A stretch of 59,359 nt of DNA from Tubiluchus corallicola (GCA_030141605.1 JAQGDQ010001149.1:1-59359), one strand, 5' to 3'; numbered from the stretch's first letter, positions 26,976 to 43,139 are shown. Translations and numbers: made by a program. Notes: generated from the sequence alone by a model not told the origin.

Positions 26976-28079
26976 TATGACACGTTTCTAAATAAAAAAT
27001 AGGTAAAGTAAAATAGTTAAAGAAATTACAGACGATCACATTAGTTGAAGTTACTGTTGGACGACTGGAAGAAAAATAGAACTCACAAACTTCGAGAAAT
27101 TCACTAGCAAAGCGTCGATTCACATCCCTAAAATGCACGCGAATATGTCTTCTGAACATTTCAACAACTCTATACACAACATGTGGAACGTGGCACAAAC
27201 TTTTGTGTCGGGACGAACAAGAAAACAAGAACTCGGCTGCCAAAAATCTACACACATGCGCGATGACAGTCGGCCACAAAGAAGATGATAATTGGAGAGT
27301 AACAACTCGAAATTGCTACCTCTCGTCTTGGGCAGCTGAATACACAACGCTGACAGGCAACCCTAAGTGACCAACCATCTTCTTCCGCTATCTGTGCACA
27401 AACGCCTTGTTTAACATGACAAAACCGATTCCCAACTACCAGCACAATAGGACAGAGGACTGGCATTCGATCAGAGCCTCCGTGCAATATGAGAAGACGT
27501 CTAGTGTTATCAGGGTGGAAAGGTCCTGTCCGATAACTGGTTTTGCTAAGGGTCGAGAAGTGTCAGATTACTCGATAACTCGGAACTGACCAGTCTAGTC
27601 AGTGCTGCTGAACGAGTGAGTGTTTCGGAGGATCCTCAGTCACTTTCACCTTCATTAGCGACGCGCAAGGTTTACAACCTAATTCTGCATTGATTAGCTG
27701 ACTATTGTATAAACAATTATCATTAATCAGATGAGGGTAAACATCCCAAAGAAAAGAGAATTTGTGAAGGACCCGCCATGCAGTCAAAAATAGCATGTCG
27801 TAAAACTGACTCTGATATGAACGTCTGTGGTGATTAAACGCTTTACTTCAAGGGGAAGGAGAAATTTAAAGTCAATTATAAAAAAATGTTCACAAAAAGT
27901 TGAATTACTTAGCGTTGTGCTTAGCTGTTTGACTGTGCCAATGTGCATCCCAATGTGCACCACTGATTCACGAAAAAACTACATTATTAATTTTATTGAT
28001 AAAGAAATTTAAACTTTTGCTTAATTACCGAAGAGTGTAATACCAATGCTCTGATTATTCTTTATGCAATATTTATCTT

Positions 28080-28190
28080 ATTTATTAGTGCCAAAAATAC
28101 ATACAATACAAAAAAACAAAACATACAGCCAATCTCAATTTTGAAATATGGTGATATTGCAGACAAACAAACAATTATTGATAAAACAAT
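28080..28190. repeat. ~110-bp dispersed repeat shared with 9248-9355
   Basis: ATTAGTGCCAAAAATACATACAATACAAAAAA...CAATTATTGATAAAACAA occurs in both. Confidence 0.75.
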
Positions 28191-29094
28191 TGCCTTGTTG
28201 TCAACTTGTCAGCAGTGTCACTACATTTTAAACCTAAAGTTGTATATATGTCTTGTTTTTTGTTTAACATTATCCAAACTTGTTTCAAACGACTTTCCGT
28301 CAAATGGCTGCACCTGTCGGTCACCGAGGAACTTTTGAAATAAATTTTCAAGTTTTATACAACGTTACTGCTAACGCAAGCTCTGTATGCAGTAACACGG
28401 CGTGTAAGTGATGATTATAAAATTTTATGACGAATTTTTAAATCTTTATTTATGCAATCTTTATTTATACATGTGCTTTAACTATTACAAGTGGAATCAG
28501 CTGTATGAAGTTGTGGCAAGCAAGATTCCTCACTTACTGTAAAAGAAAATCATCAATTATACAATCAGAGCAGGTTTATTATAGTTATGGATCCTTTAGC
28601 AATTAAGCCGAGATTCACCTATTAAGCAACACAGTTGGAACTTTGTCTAACAATTCTATGATGAATCAGAACAACTGATCTTTCACTCCAACACAGCAGT
28701 TGCGATAACAATGAAACTTTATCTTCTAAACTCCGTCAGTGAAGACAAATTCTCCATAAACTGTTTACCATCTTCGATATAAATTTTTCTTCATGACAAG
28801 CAAGGACTCCGATGAACACTAGCCGCGTTCAAAAGGTGCCTTCTTGAAACGACTAAAGTCAACAAGAGTCGTTCAAGGTTGTACTGGTGTTGGCTTAAAA
28901 GTGACCTCCATGTGACGTATAACTCATTCCAAACGTGTAATTATCACAAGAATTTTTGTAATGAGCAAAAACGTTCATCTTAAATCGGTACACTGATAAT
29001 AATATTAGTTACGGGTGGCTAAGTTGTTAGGAATCAAAGTTAACCCTGAGAACCTTTAAATTCGGTTAGAATTCTATGCGCAGAGGAAGAAAAT

Positions 29095-29316
29095 GCAAAC
29101 AGATTATATTCCATCACAACATACATACATAATAAAACATAACGAACATATTTTAATACAGTTACAAAATCTACGCGCGTTACACATGAAAAACAGCGAG
29201 TACAATTATAATAAACATAATTAGCAATTCTAATGCAATTACACATAATCATAAATAAAAACAAAACAGCATATAGAAAACACGACGAGAGTTGTACAAT
29301 TTCATCACCAACAGAC
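29095..29316 (-). mobile_element. Family C retroposon fragment
   Basis: Matches 51310-51492 and the reverse complement of 35500-35720. Confidence 0.75.
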
Positions 29317-30944
29317 GTTTGGGAGGGAAGCTGTTTCAATTTTCTCCAAGTCGTTTTTCCATCTCTTATCAGACGTTGACTTGCATTTGACTGCAGCTAT
29401 AAACGACACATCTTAGCAAAGGCATTTACTTCAGTAATCAAGCTACACTAACAGCAAAACCACAGAAGCATCTAATCTGGCGGCAAATACGACCAAACCC
29501 TGACTGTGCACTGATTGAACAGTGGTCACAGAATGCCCATTATGTCATTAGCTTTGGCTCTTGCTCTCATAATAAATAAACCGTGTCCCCAGCCAGAGAT
29601 GAGCTGAACAAAAGAACTGTTTTCAATAATGTTCCGGTGGGCGATTCTGCAGACAATGTAGGAGAACCTTTGACCCTTTTTTCAATTACTGGGGAATTAT
29701 GTGGAAATATTAGCGATGTGATTTCATTATCATCATAAGTGTTGTCTACTTCTTGCCCGCCACTAGGAAAATCGCGTACTCATACATATGTAAATACTCG
29801 CCCTAAGCTACTGGAAAATAAGCCTTTGTTTTGTTTTCACGAAGATAAAGCTGCTGAACTTTTCCGTAAAGAAAATGAAAAAAGCGTGTGGACTAAAGGT
29901 GGCCTTGGTCTGGACGTTCTGAAACAAACAGAGCATGACACGACCACATAATCCCTATAGAAATTTCTCTTAACTAACAGACTATACAGTCTTAGCTATA
30001 ATTCTTCTTGACGCAAACAGTCTATTGTTGCTCTTATAGTTTTCCATTTGTATACGTTAATACATTTCACTTTTACAATTACAGAGACACCTGGCGAGCA
30101 AAAACAGGTGGGAGAAACCAAGTAAAACCATTCATTGGTAATACTCCTATGTCATATTCAGTGCCTGAAAGGCGAAATTCGTACGGTAGGAAAAATATTC
30201 CAAGAAGAAGCAACCCTGGTGTCACGCAATAAGCATTTTGCTGCAAAATTTAAAGACTGTATTATAACTGCTATTGTTAACTAACATACACTTGTCAGCT
30301 CTTGTTTTTTTGTGAAATGGAATGAAATATTACATAATTAGTTTCTAAAATTTATTTAGCTTTTAATTTACTAACCCTGTGTTTACACTTTAACCTTGCA
30401 TATTTTATTTGATTATATTTTATTTCATTGTACTACTGTATTTGTATTTTATATGATCTTAGTTACCAGAATAAAAATTTGAATTGAATTGAATAGAAAA
30501 AAGGAAAGATAGATTCATTTCAAACGAGATATGCGCAGCTCTGATTATTTCGATGTTACTTCACGCAAGTGAACACAGAGCTGTCCATCAAGCCCTTTTG
30601 AAAAGCCAGAAAAGCTTTTACTGTAAAAAGAGGAGCAGAAGAGTGACAGTGAAGCTTTGACCACCAGTGAGGGCTCGTGCGCACTAATGCCTACCAACAA
30701 CAAGAGTGATTTTGACCCAATTTGCTTGTCAGAATGAATTAAGTCTGATTGTGCTTGTTCGTATAATCCTCTACACTTGACCCATAAGTTATTGTGCATT
30801 TGTCAAGTTTAATCCATCAACGTTACCCAGCTAGTTGCTTAGTATCTGTGCTCAGTATCTACACAAAAACATGTTTAGCTTTGTGGTTTTAATCCTCTCT
30901 ATAACATAGGCTATTGATGAATGATAACTTTTTCTTTTCCTGCT

Positions 30945-31268
30945 CTAGAAGTACCAGTCTTCTAGTAGTTCAACCTAGTAGTTCTAGCAGTCTTTAATAT
31001 TTCTAGCAGTCTTCTAGTAGATCTGCCAGTCTTCTAGTAGATCTGCCTGTCTTCTAGTAGTTCTACCAGTCTTCCAGTAGTTCTAGCTGTCTTCCAGTCG
31101 TTCTACCAGTCTTCTAGCAGTTCTACCTGTCTTCTAGTAGTTCTACCTGTCTTCTAGTAGCTCTAATGGTCTTCTGGTAGTTCTAACGGTCTTCTGGTTG
31201 TTCTAACGGTCTTCTGGTAGTTCTAACGGTCTTCTGGTAGTACTACCAGTCTTCTAGACAGTTCTTCC
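30945..31268. repeat. 20-bp minisatellite (TAGTTCTACCAGTCTTCTAG), ~15 copies
   Basis: Tandem units visible. Confidence 0.9.
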
Positions 31269-31525
31269 AATTAATAACTTACAATTTCTAAACATCATTT
31301 TCTTTGTGTAAAATATGTTATCAAAAATCTTTAAAGTTATTTAAGTAATCCAAATTAGTTCTGTTCTCTATGGTATTTAGTTTGAGGTTTTGGCATTTCA
31401 TTCCTCATTTTGATTCCTTTAATATCGTTAATCTGCCCCCCCCCCAAAAAAAATAATTGGCAAGACTGTATTATTTTTCTCATTATGCTTATTATTATCA
31501 TTCTATTACCTAAACTCATTTTCAG

Positions 31526-32365
31526 TGTATGTATAATTGTGTATATAAGTATGCGTGTAACCTATGTATGTATATAGACATGTTTGCCTTTTTCTTTTTA
31601 TGAATCAATGTAATTCTGACTTTGATTAATTGCCACCAGCACAATGTTAATGTTACTAACATCTAATTAGAGGTGACTGACTGGGTGACTGCATGGTCTT
31701 TCGTCACCTCTGCTGATATTTACCTGTATCATATGCACTAACACCTTAACTTTTGTATTAAGTTTATAAAGCTACCTAAATTTACTATTACTATTACTGT
31801 TACTATTACTGTTACTGTTACTGTTACTGTTACTGTTACTGTTACTGTTACTGTTACTGTTACTGTTACTGTTACTGTTACTGTTACTGTTACTGTTACT
31901 GTTACTGTTACTGTTACGGTTACTGTTACTGTTACCGTTAGCATTACTGTTACTGTTATTGTTACTGTTACTTACTATTACCGTTACCGTTACCGTTACC
32001 GTTACCGTTACCGTTACCGTTACCGTTACCGTTACCGTTACCGTTACCGTTACCGTTACCGTTACCGTTACCGTTACTGTTCCTATTACTGTTACTGTTA
32101 CTGTTACTGTTACTGTTACTGTTACTGTTACTGTTACTGTTACTGTTACTGTTCCTATTACTGTTACTGTTACTGTTACTGTTCCTGTTCCTATTACTGT
32201 TACTGTTACTGTTACTGTTCCTATTACTATTACCACTTGCTTGTCGACAAATTTTGAAGTTGACAGCTAAAAGATTAACACAGAACAGCACAATATTTAA
32301 TTAGGAATACATCGTTATACCAGCAATTATTTTCGTTTTCCAACTTCAGCAAATTAGTAGCAATT
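31526..32365 (+). repeat. Duplicated segment copy 1: retroposon-like 3' end + (GTTACT/GTTACC)n + flank
   Basis: Both flanks of the hexamer array match 33497-34578; hairpin AGAGGTGAC...GTCACCTCT. Confidence 0.85.
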
Positions 32366-33084
32366 TTTTTCTCATCAGAGCATTAATTAGAAACCTCGCA
32401 ACTACTACAGGCGGCAAATTAAGTCGCGCTATTAAGTTTTCAGTACAATAAACAGCACAACTTATCTTTGAAATAACACGTTTTGGTATTTTTGTCATCT
32501 TTGATTTAACTTTGTTAATTTTAAATCGTTGAAAAACATTGAGATGCCAAATTGCAAATGAAAAATCAATTTACTTTTCAATCATTTTTGCTGTTTCTTC
32601 CAGAATATTTTGAACTACATTCCTTTTCAATGGTAAACATTGAAAAATCTTTTTTGAGAGTCTGATTTGATGGCTTTGGAGCAATTAGTTTTCACCTAAC
32701 ACCAGTAGCCCAAGCAAAATTTTACCAGAACCAACTATAATATAACAGGAAGCAACTGTCGACTGCATGATTTCTTGTTCTTTATTTATTAATACATGAT
32801 GTATGCACTGCACAGGAAGTAACACTAATTACTAGCTCATCATTTCTACTGCTGACACATTCGGGCAAAGTTAGAATCTGTATGCTTAGTTAGCAAACAC
32901 GGTAACTTTCACGAAACCTTCAATCAAATGATAAGATACGTTTAATCATCTCCTGCATGTTTAACTGTACATAGAAACATCAAATTTAGTAAAACGGAAA
33001 TTTGAGTATTGTGGTGTTACGCGTAAAACGAAATACAATTATTGTCGATAAAGAGTGGCGATCACAGGTCAATTAAGTCGGGGG

Positions 33085-33340
33085 ATGGTCAAAGAAATAC
33101 CGGACAAAAGATCACCGGACGGAGGACCGCTGGACACAGGACCGCCGCTCGACCATCGGACAAATGTCAACGCAAAAATCGTGTGGACACATTGAAACAT
33201 TTATATTAGTACTAATCAGAAGTTAAATAAAGTTTTGCCTTATTTATTTTTCAGTATCTTTCTACTCACGTGGTTAAAATGCTGTTTTTACGCATCGGAT
33301 AATTCAGTGGTGCTATATATTAAAAAAATTAAAAACTTCC
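33085..33340 (+). mobile_element. Repeat family F fragment (GGACAAAGGACCACC-type subrepeats)
   Basis: Shares ATCTTTCTACTCACGTGGTxAAAATGCTGTTTTTAxGCATCGGA with 42860-42903. Confidence 0.6.
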
Positions 33341-33496
33341 AAAAATATGAAAAAATATAATTTCAATCTTTAAAACTTTTAAGATGTATAAAAAATTCAA
33401 GTTTGACATTATTTATTTAAGTTTCAGGAAACAATTTCAATTAGTATCCTGATGTGTTACTCATAACGATTGATTTCATTTTTATTTACAAATTGT

Positions 33497-33740
33497 GTAT
33501 GTATAATTGTACATATATAAGTTACGTATGTATATAGACATGTTTGCCTTTTTATTTTAATGAATTAACGTAATTATGACTTTGATTAATAACCGCCAGC
33601 ACAATGTTAATGTTACTAATATCTAATTAGAGGTGACTGTATGGTCTTTTGTCACCTCTGTTCATATTTATCTGTATCATATGCACTAACACTTTAAAAA
33701 CTGTATTAAGTTTATGAAGCTAAATAAATTTACTATTCTA

Positions 33741-33781
<41 letters not shown>

Positions 33782-34578
33782 ATTGCTTTTGCTGTTGCTG
33801 TTGCTATTACTATTACTATTACAATTACAATTACAATTACAATTACTATTACTATTACTATTACTATTACTATTACTATTACTATTACTATTACTATTAC
33901 TATTACTATTACTATTACTATTACTATTACTATTACTATTACTATTACCATTACTATTACTATTGGTACACCAATTACTATCACTATCACATAACAATCA
34001 CTATCACTATCACAAACACTATCACAATTACTATCACTATCACCATCACTATCACCATCACTATTACTATTACTATCGGTATACCTATTACTGTTACTAT
34101 CACAATCACTATCACAATCACAATCACTATCACTATCACTATCATTATCACCATCACCATCACCATCACCATCACCATCACTATCACTATCACAATCACA
34201 ATCACAATCACAATCACTATCACTATCATTATCACTATCACTATCACTATCACTATCACTATCACTCTCACTATCAATCACAATCACAATCACATCACTA
34301 TCACTATCACAATCACAATCACAATCACTATCACTATCACTCTCACTATCAAAATCACAATCACAATAACTATCACTATCACTATCACTATCAAAATCAC
34401 AATCACAATCACAATCACAATCACTATCACTATCACCATTACTATTTCCACTTGCTTGTCGACAAATTCTGAAGTTTGCAGCTCACAGCTAACACAGAAC
34501 AGCACAATATTTAATTAGGAATACATCATTATATCAGCAATAACTTTCATTTTCCAACTTCAGCAAATTAGTAGCAAC
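33497..34578 (+). repeat. Duplicated segment copy 2 with (ATTACT/ATCACT/ATCACA)n array
   Basis: Direct repeat of 31526-32365 outside the array. Confidence 0.85.
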
Positions 34579-34799
34579 TTAGAGAATTCGCGAAACCTAC
34601 ATGCTGGCTTCTACCTGTGTCATTCACTTTAATTTAGAAGCTCTACCTGTGCATTAGAAGCCTTATAATTTCAATGCAATTACAACATGAATTTGATACG
34701 AACGACTGGCTTCATTTACCAGCAACCTTCCAGAGTGAGTCAGGGGCGACCCTCGGGCGTCAGTTGTATTACTTACAAACACGCGATACCAAAATTTAA

Positions 34800-35320
34800 A
34801 GGAGAAGTCAAATGTTCTAGGTGGTTAGGCTTATTTCAATGTTGGCGAAAAATGTTAGAAGGATTTAGTAATAAAACTGCCAAAAGTGTTTTGTGCAATT
34901 AGTAAAATCACTTTAAAGTCGCGATCACTTCATGCTTTGGGCGCTCCCATTTTCAATGTCCATTCTTCTTCCAATGACGTCATTCGTCATGAAGAAAAAT
35001 AGCAAACCGTCAAACACTGTCAGTCATTATCAAAAGTATAATAAGTTTTTACAAAAACATTAGATAAATAATTTTGTAATATTTTTGCCTGAATATTAGG
35101 TAAGCTGCAGAAGTTAGCTTAAGCAGCGCACGCTCACGGAAATCCACGATGCGTTTGCGAAAAGTCGCGAAATCTTACGTCATGATTTTCAAGTGAATGG
35201 CGTCAACCACCACGCCTATTCTATTCAGCGGTAATCTATTTTAAATTTATGCCTTATAAGCAGTTCTTTGTAACTTTCTTTGTTATATTTTTCCAAGTGT
35301 AAGAGATAACAGTAAAATAA
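34800..35320 (+). mobile_element. Family B element
   Basis: TTAA|AGGAGAAGTC start; homologous to 36715-37232. Confidence 0.75.
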
Positions 35321-35499
35321 ATACATCATTTATTATTTGAATGTACATTAGTAAACCAAGCCAAAAGAAATGATTTTATTAGCACTCTGCCTACGTTAGA
35401 TTCGGACTATGTTTTCTCTAGCCGAGATAATAATGCTATAAATGCTTTTGCAAATCTTATCTCGGATGAGTTCTTATCGTCTTTCGATTCTATACAGAT

Positions 35500-36353
<854 letters not shown>

Positions 36354-36714
36354 CCCATCATACTAAGTGGCGTGTTGTTTCCTTTAACGATACAGTGATC
36401 CAAACCCGCCGTGGGTCCATTGATCATGGCCACTATTGTTTTAATTACTCATATAATTAGGCGTGTGTAATTGTGTATAGATACAGTCAGAACGTGACCA
36501 AGGTCGTGTGATTTTAATGATGATTTGCATGTTGTGCGCGTCATATGTTTTCCTTTCCACAGCCGATGAGTCAGGTTTTTCGCTGTTTCCAAATGAGCAG
36601 TCACTATACTACACAGGTGCCAGAGTTCTTTCATTAAGAGGGTAATTCATTAACAAGCTTGAATTAGCATCAAAATATTGCATGAATCAGGTGAAATATT
36701 GCGCTTAGTGTTAA

Positions 36715-37232
36715 AGGAGAAGCCAAGCCTTCTAGGAGGTTTGACTTATTTCAATGTTCGCGAAATATGTTAGAAAGATTTAGTAATAAAACTGGAATAA
36801 AATGTAATTAGTAAAATCACTTTAAAATGCTTGGGCGCTCCCATTTTCAATGTCCATTCTTCTTCCAATGACGTCATTCGTCTTGAAAAAAGTAGCGCAC
36901 TGTCAATTTTCACCAAAAGTACAAAAAGTTTTTACAAAAAAATTAGATAGCTGATGTTGTAACATTTTTGCGTGAATATTGGGTAAGTTGCAGACGTTTG
37001 AATTAGTTTAAGCAGCGCGCGCTCACGGAAAACCACGATGCGTTTACGAGAAGTCACGAAGATTCCAGTTACGTCATAATTTTCAAGTGAATGAAGGCAA
37101 CCACCAGGTCTGAAAATTTCCATTCAGAGGTAGTATGTATTAAATTTATGGTTAAATTTCTTTGTTATATTCTCGAAGTTCAAATGATAGCAGTACAACA
37201 AAGCCAACATACTGAGTGATTTGTTCTTTCCA
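36715..37232 (+). mobile_element. Family B element, TTAA at both ends
   Basis: TTAA|AGGAGAAGCCAAG ... TTGTTCTTTCCA|TTAA. Confidence 0.8.
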
Positions 37233-37560
37233 TTAAGGAAACGATTTCATTATGAGTTTCAATCATTACATCATTCCATTTTAAGCACTAAATGTTTTCT
37301 TTATCATAGGATTCACTTCAAATTTTCAGATTATTTTCATTACTTTTTTTTTCTTTCACAGCGTGAGACAATCTAACAAGCCCTGCTTTTTGATTGCGCG
37401 CAACACATTTACATTTGTATATAGGTGAACAGTGTTTGAGGCTTTTCCTGTGCAGAAACAATAAAAACTTGTTTGTATTACGTTCATTTCACCATGTATT
37501 GTACATGAAACTATTGTAAGTGTGTAACGTGAAATAATTGACTTATGATTTAAGTCTTAA

Positions 37561-38159
37561 ACCGGATCCAATCTTAAACTGTAGGTCAAAACAATCTACT
37601 CGTTAAAATATTGAAAGGAAACGTACTATTTTTTTTAAATGACTTACGTGAAAGAATTATTACCACACAAACACAATTTCACATTCGCGCCACAAATTCT
37701 TCGCTGTTACTTGTATTTCGCCATTCGTTAGACGGGCGCTAGTGCCTGCATTTCGGAAACGCATTGCACAAAAAACAGGTGCTACACCTCTCAGTTCAGA
37801 TATGTTAGTTTGTGATGAACTACACACGTTCGACAGCTCATGTGTCAGCACAGCGGTAAATTTGAAATTTGAATTTATCTTAAAACTTGCCTAGTTTTCG
37901 TGCAACACTGTATATCTTACAGTAGCACTGTACTCCAATTTTCGCTTTCGCAAACACGTGCAACACGCTCGTGGAATATTTTTGCTTTTGAAAATTATGT
38001 TAGTTTGTGATGTCATCAATAGTTATGCTCGCCCGCCATCAGTCTTTCATCTACTAGTTAACTATCAGAAACGCTTTTGCAGTATTAATTGTGTTAAGAC
38101 GTATACTTTTTGCCAGACTCTGAAAATGAGGTAGTATATGAAAAATATCCTGTCTTCCT
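37561..38159 (+). mobile_element. Family A element, near full length
   Basis: TTAA|ACCGGATCCAATCTTAAACTGTAGG ... ATCCTGTCTTCCT|TTAA. Confidence 0.8.
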
Positions 38160-39282
38160 TTAAGGCAAAAAAGACAAAAAATAGGAAGAAACATTTGAAA
38201 CAAATTCTGATATTACGTCAGATCGAAACTTTGTCCACTAAACTTGTGATAACCAATGAGAGAAGAGGCAGCAACAATTACAGTTTTTTTTCTAATGGCG
38301 TGGTCTCCATTCGCTTCATCCCGGGTGGAACTAACTGCGCCTTCAACCGACGCCCAATTCACAGCAATGGGACAAGATCAAATAAGAGAAAGAATCCAAG
38401 TTCATAAATTTTTCACACAGTAGACCAGGCAGATGTTCAGCACTACGTTTGTTACATAGTCAGTAGCCATTAATCACGTAGCCTACAGGCCCCATAAACT
38501 TAGCCCATGAATATTTGGCAAATCGCTTTGTTGACAAGCTAGGCGCTCATCTGCACAGGTCTACCTCATTCTGAGCATTTATTTTGATAAAATATGTCCC
38601 ACCCTTAACCAATTTATTACCTCCGTAGGATGATTAAGTTACCTTCTGGACAAAGGTTACTCAGAGGCACTCAGGAGTCGTATAAGTTATTGCATAGCCC
38701 GCGCGTGGCGAAATAGAATTGAGCAAAGACCCGTAAATTACGCCTAATTAGGACAGGACCTGTACTTGCTGAGATAAATTTCTTTAGCTTAGTAACTGAC
38801 ATTTTACTAAGCATTGGTGAGTGAATTCTTTGAAAAGAAATACGATCATAAATTCAAACACGACGGAGGCAGGTGACTCGAAGGTTGTTTAAAAAAATGA
38901 CACATGTACAGGGCGTGCTAGAAAAATTGATACCTCGTGATGTGGCAAAACTGAAGAGAATTAATAAAAAACAGACAAAATCGACCGAGAGAGTACTTAT
39001 TTTTAAACACATGACATTTTTAATAGCAAAAGTAAATTACTTGATATTAGATAAAACCAATAGACTGCCATTAAAATAAAATCTGTTTGACAATATTCTA
39101 CGTTCATAATTTTTAAATAAATTCTCAAAACCTGTGTCAAACGAATGTAGAGCGAACAGACTCTGAGAAAAGCCAAATTAAATTCACAGCAAATAATTAA
39201 GAGGTTGATTTGTTCGAAGAAACAGGAAGTACTGATTCGAATGCTAAAGTCGTTAAGTATCATCAGTATTCATTCATAGTTT

Positions 39283-39640
<358 letters not shown>

Positions 39641-41381
39641 GTTTTGTTTCTGCAATTTAAAATCCATAAACCAAAAATTAAAAAAATGCACAAGTAAAAA
39701 TGTTAGTTTTGTTTTTACAGTTTTAAGACAAATGTATCGTTTAAAGCTGAAGTGAAACTTAAACTACTAAGTGATATGTGAAAATAACGCTAAGTCAATT
39801 TACGTGTAAATAATTTATTAATACTAATTAGCTCTCTAAACTTTAACTTTATTAATTGAGCGTCGCTTTGCAGTTTTAACCGAAAACAAAGGCAATGGAA
39901 CCAAAAAGTTGATTTCAAATCATTTTCGTCACATGACAAAGGGACCTCATGAGCACATCTAAGAATCATTATCATCCTCTGAGCCTGTCGTAGTAATTAA
40001 TCAAGAATACGTCAGCGCTATTGTACTAAACACTGATGCGTCTTGATATGGTGTGGAACAAGCGCAGAATCATCAGCTTCCTCGTTTATCTAAAACGCAT
40101 CAATGCCAAATCGCCGCACGTAGCTGGCAACAACAACACGGACATGTCATTCATTTGCATATGAAAACTTTATCACGGGCAAGCATCGTAACGAACTGGG
40201 GATCTATGGACTCATGGCAAACCGTTTAATTACAGGGGCAACAGCTGTTCCAAAGTCCATCGCCAGGACAGTGCATTTGGTACATAACAACGCTGGACAA
40301 CTAGGTGGACTCCAGGCCAGGAGTAAATGACCATTGTTTGCCGAGTTCTGCTTGGAAGGTTGGCTAATGATTGGCAAGCAATCGTGAAAGGATGGTCGTG
40401 CAATATGGCGTAATGATCAGGACTAATAATACTTGACAGTCGAGTGTCACAGTTCACAGTCCACGGATTTCTATTGTGTAACGTGTGACATTGAGGAATG
40501 GAACACGTGTAACGCAATGTGATTATCCATCGCTAATTAAAGGGCAAGAACAGGTAATTTTAATAGAATGTCACAAAAAAATTCCACACAAAGTTATATG
40601 ACTTTGCACTACGCTTAACTGTTTCAAAAACTTATGTAACTAGAACATAGAATGTTTGTAATTTAAAGTGTTCGGGCTGGGTAAACGCACTGACTCACCC
40701 TCCCAGTGTGCACCGTTGGGACACCCCAAAAACACATCATAGAATTTATTGACAAGATACAGGCAAGATACAGCCAGAAATTCAGAAAAGCGAATTTTTT
40801 AACTCTAGGTAAGTAAAGTGTTTCCTTTTACTTTAATTTTGTTTGGTAGCTTTCTCTCTGAAAAGACTTAATAGTTTCGACTTTAGGCTTCTGAAGAAGA
40901 GAAAATTCTCGTTTATAACGTACAATTATGCAACACTCCGACCGCCGTTCTTATGGATGGTAGACCACGGATGAATCAGCACTGCACACGTCACAGTTAA
41001 TCTTTTTCACTTAAGCCAGCATCCGGAAAAACTAGCTCACGATTCGAAAACTCTGAGTTAAATGATTCGATTTCAATGGTTTTTCCTAACTTATAACAAT
41101 TTGGTAATTACAATGCACTTAGTACATTCACATTTATATTATAAAATTAAAAAAGTTTACTTCGGACATTAGCAATCACAATGATAAACAACAACAACAG
41201 GCAAAATGTTTTAATAAACAGATTAATGATCATAAAAAAGGCAGCTCTGAGGCCACAAATATCACTTATTAATTTTCTATGCTAGCCAGTTTGCATGGCC
41301 AAATATTTAAAAACGATGGGAAATGATAGACAATTTCTAATATATTTGTAGAAATTATAGAATCGCTTAAGATTCTTTTAA

Positions 41382-41811
41382 AGGCCTATACAACCCCAAT
41401 AGACATTGTCGCTTGTTAAACGAATTATTATGATTATACAAAAAATTTATAGTTATCATTAAACAAAACAGATTTACAAATTAATTAATTTACCTTTTTC
41501 TGGCGAATTTCGAACAACTGAATTGCCGTAAAGATCGCCATGTTTCGGCATGTCTTTGGCGGGAGTGAGCGAAAATGACGTACTTTGTACAGAAAGCGTG
41601 TTTGGTGACCTCGTGACTGTATTCATTACGTCATTCGTCTCGAGCAAAGAAAAATGGCGGTTCTTTAAATTCAATACCGCTAACAACGAAGTGATAAAAA
41701 TCAAAGGAAACAAGTTTTACAGTAAGTTTATAATAAAATAAATTGAATATTCGTAATGTGACTAGGATTTTAAGTTGTAAAAGCTTATATTAGTGAGGGT
41801 TTAGTTAGTCT
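41382..41811. mobile_element. Possible degenerate TTAA-flanked MITE
   Basis: TTAA|AGGCCTATACAACCC ... GGGTTTAGTTAGTCT|TTAA; the TIR is imperfect. Confidence 0.45.
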
Positions 41812-42529
41812 TTAAATTAAGATTGCTTACTAGCAGTAACTTTGCTGTGATAACAACTATCCTTTCATCACAGCTTGTTATTTTGAGGAAGCCATTTCCG
41901 TGGCTAATAAAACGCGTCCGGCGGAGCGGTCTTTAAATTCCAATCAAGCAATCTACCGACTTTGAAACAGACCTCATCCCTCATTTGATTATCTGTTAGT
42001 TGGGAAACACGAAATTCTCAAACGCATGAGTCTGCACCATAAATAGATACACCAGTGCAGTTTACACACATCTGTAAGCCAGATTTGCACCTCTCTAAAC
42101 CCCGTACAATGTAGTTTTGGCACTTCTGTTTGCACTATGAATGGAATGATTACACAGAGAAGGCTTACAGTAATTGCCAGCTTATGATTATGATACGTTT
42201 TTAACTTACGAATATGTTTGATTATCTTAATCTTAACGTTATCTTTTGTTAGCTGCTTTATTTATCTGCTTTATTTATCACACGTTTCACTGAGAAAAAT
42301 GCCAATGGATTCATATGTGAACGAAGCCACTATCAAACAACCTCATATCGGAGCTGCCACCATTTGAAGCCAAGCAGTTAGCAGTCGGTTATTTAGAAAA
42401 AGAAATCTCGACAAAGCCTTAAATTTTTTAGTCGTGGAAATAATGTATAATTATATATTGCTAAATTCTGAAACCAAGCTTTGTTCAGAGAAAGGCGATG
42501 TGAGAAACCGAAACCTGAACGTTGGGTGT

Positions 42530-42940
42530 TGGGGAGACGAGCAAAGGAGCACCTCGGACAAAGGGCCACCGACCAAAGATTGACCTGAAAAGGCGAGGGA
42601 CCACCGGTCAAAGGACCACCTCGGATAAAGGACCAGCGAACAAAGGATCACTGGATAAAGGGCCACCGGTCAAAGGACCACCTCGGATAAAGGGGTACCG
42701 GACAAAGATTCTCCTGAAAACACAAAGGTCCACCGGTCAAAGGACCACCAGGCAAATGTTAACAGAAAATGATGTGAGACATATTGTGTTTTTGTTGAGA
42801 TATTTATATTAGCAAAATTATTTAGCAAGGTTAAACTGTAAAGTTTTGCATTTTTCAGCATCTTTCTACTCACGTGGTCAAAATGCTGTTTTTATGCATC
42901 GGAAAATTCGATGGCGCTATAGATTAAAAAAATAAAAGTT
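42530..42940 (+). mobile_element. Repeat family F with tandem GGTCAAAGGACCACC/GGATAAAGG motifs
   Basis: Short-period subrepeats, then a block shared with 33255-33335. Confidence 0.6.
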
Positions 42941-43139
42941 TTGAAGAAATTTTTCTGGAGAAAAAAATAAATTTAATTCGTTTGGTTATTAAGGTCACAG
43001 GCCTAATATTTTGAATTTGAAATCATGGAGTGTGACGCGCACAAAAATCAAAATGATACTGTCCTATTAAGCCTATATTAAAAGCAAAGTGAAGTGCTTT
43101 TGACTAGCCTGAATGTTTCAAACTATCTACAGAAAACTG

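Noticed and set aside
27110-27165. Possible THAP-domain remnant (RICSEHF-like)
   Set aside because: It needs frameshifts to read and is too short to distinguish from chance.
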